NCBI RefSeq assembly: GCF_006345805.1
Contig: NC_042997.1
Span: 75,950,001-76,014,000 of the forward strand
DNA length: 64,000 bases
Source: Octopus sinensis
Lineage: Eukaryota
Direction: 5' to 3'
A program made the translations under genes and the position numbers. Shown piece by piece: positions 59,823-64,000 of the stretch. How positions within the stretch are numbered: the stretch's first letter is position 1; every line of letters begins with the position of its first letter. The notes below the pieces were generated by a model. The model was given only the letters and a program-made list of their open reading frames with translations, had not been told where the DNA came from and made no database searches.

Positions 59823-59947
59823 TGATCTTCATGACTGCCAACTGAAACATCTTTAATAGAGGCAAAGCCACATGCAACTCTAGCATGTTTGTTAAGATTC
59901 TGTACCACTTTTTTACCAACTTCTAAATAATGGAAGTCATTTGTAGC
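59823..59947 (-). CDS. EDEM3: EDEM3-like exon (GH47 domain)
   Basis: Acceptor TTTTTATTACAG|GCT and donor CA|GTAAGT. Translation [41 protein letters not shown] matches recalled human ATGDPYYLEVGK...[20 protein letters not shown]. The phase-2 end joins the 42762 exon to give SHEDQMDSF. Confidence 0.92.
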
Positions 59948-60129
59948 CTGTAATAAAAATTAGTTACATGATAACTGGATTTGGAAAATTAATTGGTAAA
60001 ATATGTGAAATAATGACATTTTTTAACCATTTACAATGGAGCAATGGGTAGAAAATTTATCAACATTTATTTGAACCCATTACTTAATGTATTTCCAAAG
60101 AATTGGCTCAAACACAGTTGTGTGATTTA

Positions 60130-60340
60130 AAAGTTCATTTTGTAACTAGATGATCTGAAGTGGTTCCTAGTGTTTGATATTATGGGTAAGTGTCTTCTAC
60201 TATAGCCCCGGTCTGACCAAAGTCTTGTCAGTGAAACTGATACATATGGAAACTGTAAAGAAAACCATCTTGTGAGTGTGTGTATACATATATGAGTGAA
60301 TGAGCGTGAAAGCATGTGCATGTGTTTGGGTGTGTATGTG
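60130..60340 (+). mobile_element. Degenerate tRNA-SINE
   Basis: gggtaagtgtcttctactatagccccggtctgaccaaagtcttgtcagtg is similar to the core of 33207-33601. Confidence 0.5.
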
Positions 60341-62088
60341 ATTGTGTCTTTTCATCTGTCTCGACATTATTTACATACCTAAAGAGTGAAACAATGTTAC
60401 CATTTAGGTAGAGCCAATGTTTATACCTAGAGACATCTTATTGTTCTGTGATTTTTGTGCAAAGACCAGGGGAATAAGTACCTTACTTGGAAACTAAGGT
60501 TCGCAATAGGAAGGGTATCCAACTGTAAAATACTGCCTCAACAAAGAATCATCCGATCAGCATGGAAAAAGTGGAAACAGATGGTGATGATGAAGGACAG
60601 TCTAGATGTTTAGCAGCTAGATTACCATTTGTAAGTTGGGAGTTGAAGTAAATTCTCTTAACCCCAGTAATTAATAACATTTTTATTCATGAACAATGTG
60701 AAGCAAAGGTGAACTTGATAAAATTTGAGCGAAAACAAAAATACTAAAAGACATCTGCTCTAGCTACCTGGTGTTTAATCCAACTTCTTAAATATACAAC
60801 AAAATCTAAAACCAACAACAAACCTTAGAAATATTTGGAAATCTGTATACATAAATTAATTTTTTAAACAAAAATAATTTTCTTTAAAGTTACAACAAAT
60901 GAGGAAATGTTAGTAATTCAACCAAAAATTTACCTTATACAAAAAATATGTTGATTCAACAAATTCAGGCCTGAGGGGATGTTGGCCCCAATGAATTCTG
61001 AAATCTGTAGTGAAAGCCTTTGCAAAAAGGTAAAAAAAAAACAGTGATGTAAATCTGGAATAATTATTAGGATGAAATTAATTAACCGTAACAAAATGTT
61101 ACTTTCCAAATTACAGTTACATCAAAGGTAGTTAAATTTTTATTAAAGTTTCAAAATTAGGGTTTCTAAACTAACTTTATAATCCTTGAATATATTCTAT
61201 GGTACTTCAAATTTTATGTCAATAATTGCATAGAACTTTGTGAACTGCATTATTTTTAACCTGCTGCACAAGGCTACTGCTCAAAATTTCCAATTGCAAT
61301 TTTTTCTGTCATTTCAGATTCTTTCTAAATATCACTCTTTACTAGATTTACTGCATCATCACAACCAAAGCACCAGTATAAAGCAACCCCCATGGTAATA
61401 TAGATTTAATTCTTACAGAGCTTCAGAATTATTTGCACACAAAATAAGTTTGAAAATTAGTAAATAGCTATCTGGACATGTAACTCTTCATTAACAGAAT
61501 TAATTCTAACTGAAGAGTTATACCCTTAACATGAGAGCAAAAATAACTATTTATTACTTCCCTATTTCCCTATATGGAATCTAGTGCCCTACATAATAAT
61601 GTTCTCAATCAGCAAATAAAAGGTATAGTTTATACTAAGGGTAAATCATAAGCAAAGTTGCTGATTATGATTAATCAATCTTGGTTTATTGGCCAATACC
61701 AATTAATTAGCCACTGACTATTCATAATGTAATTATATATTTATGATATGAAAATGTGTATTGTAATTAATTGAAGATGATATATTTCTCAATTGATTAC
61801 AATTATGGAGCTACTATTTGATGACAGAATTAATGTATATAATGACAGAATTAAGCTGATTTTACAGTACTTTATACTTTCATTACCAATGAACTGAATC
61901 AATCATCTGCACAACTTTTTATGCACAATAAATTACACATTCTGTATCTATACATAGGTTTCCATCTTTTTTAACTATTGTGTGACTGTAACACTGACAT
62001 GTGTAGATTTAGCATTAAATCAAAAGTAAAAAAGAAATTCAATAAACCAAAAATGCATAGAAGGCAACATTTAGCATAGCTAGAGATA

Positions 62089-63312
62089 TAGGGGTTGGAC
62101 AAAATAATGGAAACACCTTAAAATTTCAAACAAATATATTTTAATATGGGGTTGGACCACCTTTTACAGTAATTACAGCTTGAATTCTATGAGGTATGTG
62201 CTTGTACAAAGTTTGAATTGTTTCCAAAGGAATTTTTGTCCATTCTTCAGCTAAAACAGTCTCCACTTCTTGTAGTGATGATGGTGGAGGATATTGACTC
62301 CTTACTCGTTTTTCTAAAATGCACCATAAATGTTCAATAATATTGAGATCTAGGGACTGAGGTGGACAGATAAGATGTTCAACTTCACTAGAATGTTCCT
62401 GTGCCATTTAGTAACAATTTCAGCTGTGTGAATTGGTGCATTACCATCCTGAGAGATTGCGTTTTCCTCTGGAAACTTCTGCAAACAGAGGATGAATTTG
62501 ATCAGATAAAATGCTTATATAGTCTTGACTATTAATTCTGCCATGAAGGGAAACCATTGGGCCGGTGGATTTCCAAGATATCGCCCCCCCTCCACCCCAT
62601 GATCATTACAGATCCTCCCCCATGTTTAATAGTTGGAAGAAGACAGTCTTAGTCAAATACTTCTTTTGGCTCCACACGTATACTCGGCTGGTGGTTGGAA
62701 ATAAGGTAAAGGATGACTTGTCTGAGAAAATAACATTCTTCCACTGCTCTAGAGACCAATAACTTTGCAATGGTTATTTTTGAAAGTAGTGGTTTTCTGA
62801 TTACAGCCCTCCTGTGAAATCTGGCTTTGTGCAGCTCCCTGCGAACAATTTTTGTGGAATCTGGGTTTTCGAGGTGGTCATTAAGCTCTGTAGTAATTTT
62901 GGGAGATGTACTTTCTAACAATTCACGTAAGAGTTCAACAGTCCCTATCTGAAAGTTTTGATTTTCTTCCAGAGTTTTGTTTCGACGAGGAGGTTTTTCC
63001 CTCTTTCTCAAAGGCTGTTATTACTTTTGAGACAGTACGTCTTGATACACCAAACATTTTGGTTATTTTTGTTACACTAGCGCCTGCCATACAAGCATCA
63101 ACAATTTGATCTCTTTGAAAGTCTGATAGATCTGTCAGTTTAATTATGTTTTTCTGATGATATCTGAAAAGAAACAGTAATTTTAGCAAAACATATTAAG
63201 CAACACTAATAATAAATCAAAAAAACATAAAAATAAACAAGCTTTTGATGGTTTTATAGATATTTCAAAATTATGATGCTATGTGTTTCTATTATTTTGT
63301 TCGACTCCCATA
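62089..63312 (-). mobile_element. Tc1-like transposon (degenerate)
   Basis: TIRs GGGGTTGGACAAAATAATGGAAACAC / GGGAGTCGAACAAAATAATAGAAACAC with TA flanks. Translations LSDFQRDQIVDA..AGAS, SGRKSKLSDRD and PPQSLDLNIIEHLW. Confidence 0.88.
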
Positions 63313-64000
63313 TATTAGTTATTAGCTATGAAAACTCTTCATTCTCTTGTACACAAGTCATAAAGTCAGGACTTGTGACAAAGCTGGTCGGTAAAGTGGA
63401 TTCATATAAGCTGGATCCCCAAGAGTAATGGACTTGCTAGCTTGGTTAGTAAGAACACTGCTGAATTTTGTTTAAGAAGTTTAAGATAATAAGAATCATT
63501 ATGAATTGAAAATTTTTGAATATCTCTAATAAGCACATAATCAGAATCTTTATAATCTTTAAATCAATTAAACAGATATTCTCTCAAGAGGGTAGGAAGG
63601 TGCCTTTTCTACTTTGATACCCACTTTTACCCATAGGATTCCAAGGAAGTCTCAAGTAATTTTCTTCTGAGTAGATGACCACATTCAAGCACTGAGAATA
63701 GAGTTAGATTGTACTGAGGGACTTAGATTGCATGTCCTAGGAAATAAATATTATTCATATACTAGATTCAACATGTAATTCTACATGCTCAATCCAATAT
63801 GCTTGCAAAATTTCTCTCAGACCAGTGACATTTTTGCTCCAGCAATTATTATTAAGAATAAAAGACAAAAATAGCTGATCACCCAAACCAATTAATCAGC
63901 CAGAGAGCTGATACTGATTAATTGGCAAAATGGGTGATATGGTTGATTATTGATTACCAACCAATTAATTGGTGCAACTCTAGTTTATATTATTTGACAT

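Overview
AT-rich, repeat-dense animal genomic DNA, probably an octopod cephalopod. The taxon is inferred from the (GAT)n-tailed RTE LINE and SINE families, not proven. The only host gene found is an EDEM3-like ER alpha-1,2-mannosidase (GH47) on the minus strand. Three phase-compatible exons are visible (59947-59823, 42762-42600, 18917-18733), separated by introns of about 17 kb and 23.7 kb. The remainder is intronic transposable-element sequence: four long RTE LINE copies (one with a 920-aa EN+RT+PHD-like ORF), piggyBac elements, many Helitrons, mariner/Tc1 elements, a hAT element with an 8-bp TSD, a solo LTR, an R4-like fragment, tRNA-SINEs and a foldback element. The most unusual observation concerns the RTE family. 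Three insertions share a GC-rich 5' core motif, but each carries a different tandemly repeated 5' extension. The largest is a 4.3-kb higher-order array of ~153-bp monomers ending in a fold-back triplication. Comparison with empty-site copies inside this window suggests the extensions arrived together with the LINE. That 8.2-kb composite lies in a piggyBac nested inside a same-family piggyBac. About 15.6 kb of the large intron appears to be one head-to-tail Helitron dimer inflated by nested insertions. All alignments were done by eye and family names come from recalled motifs, not database searches.
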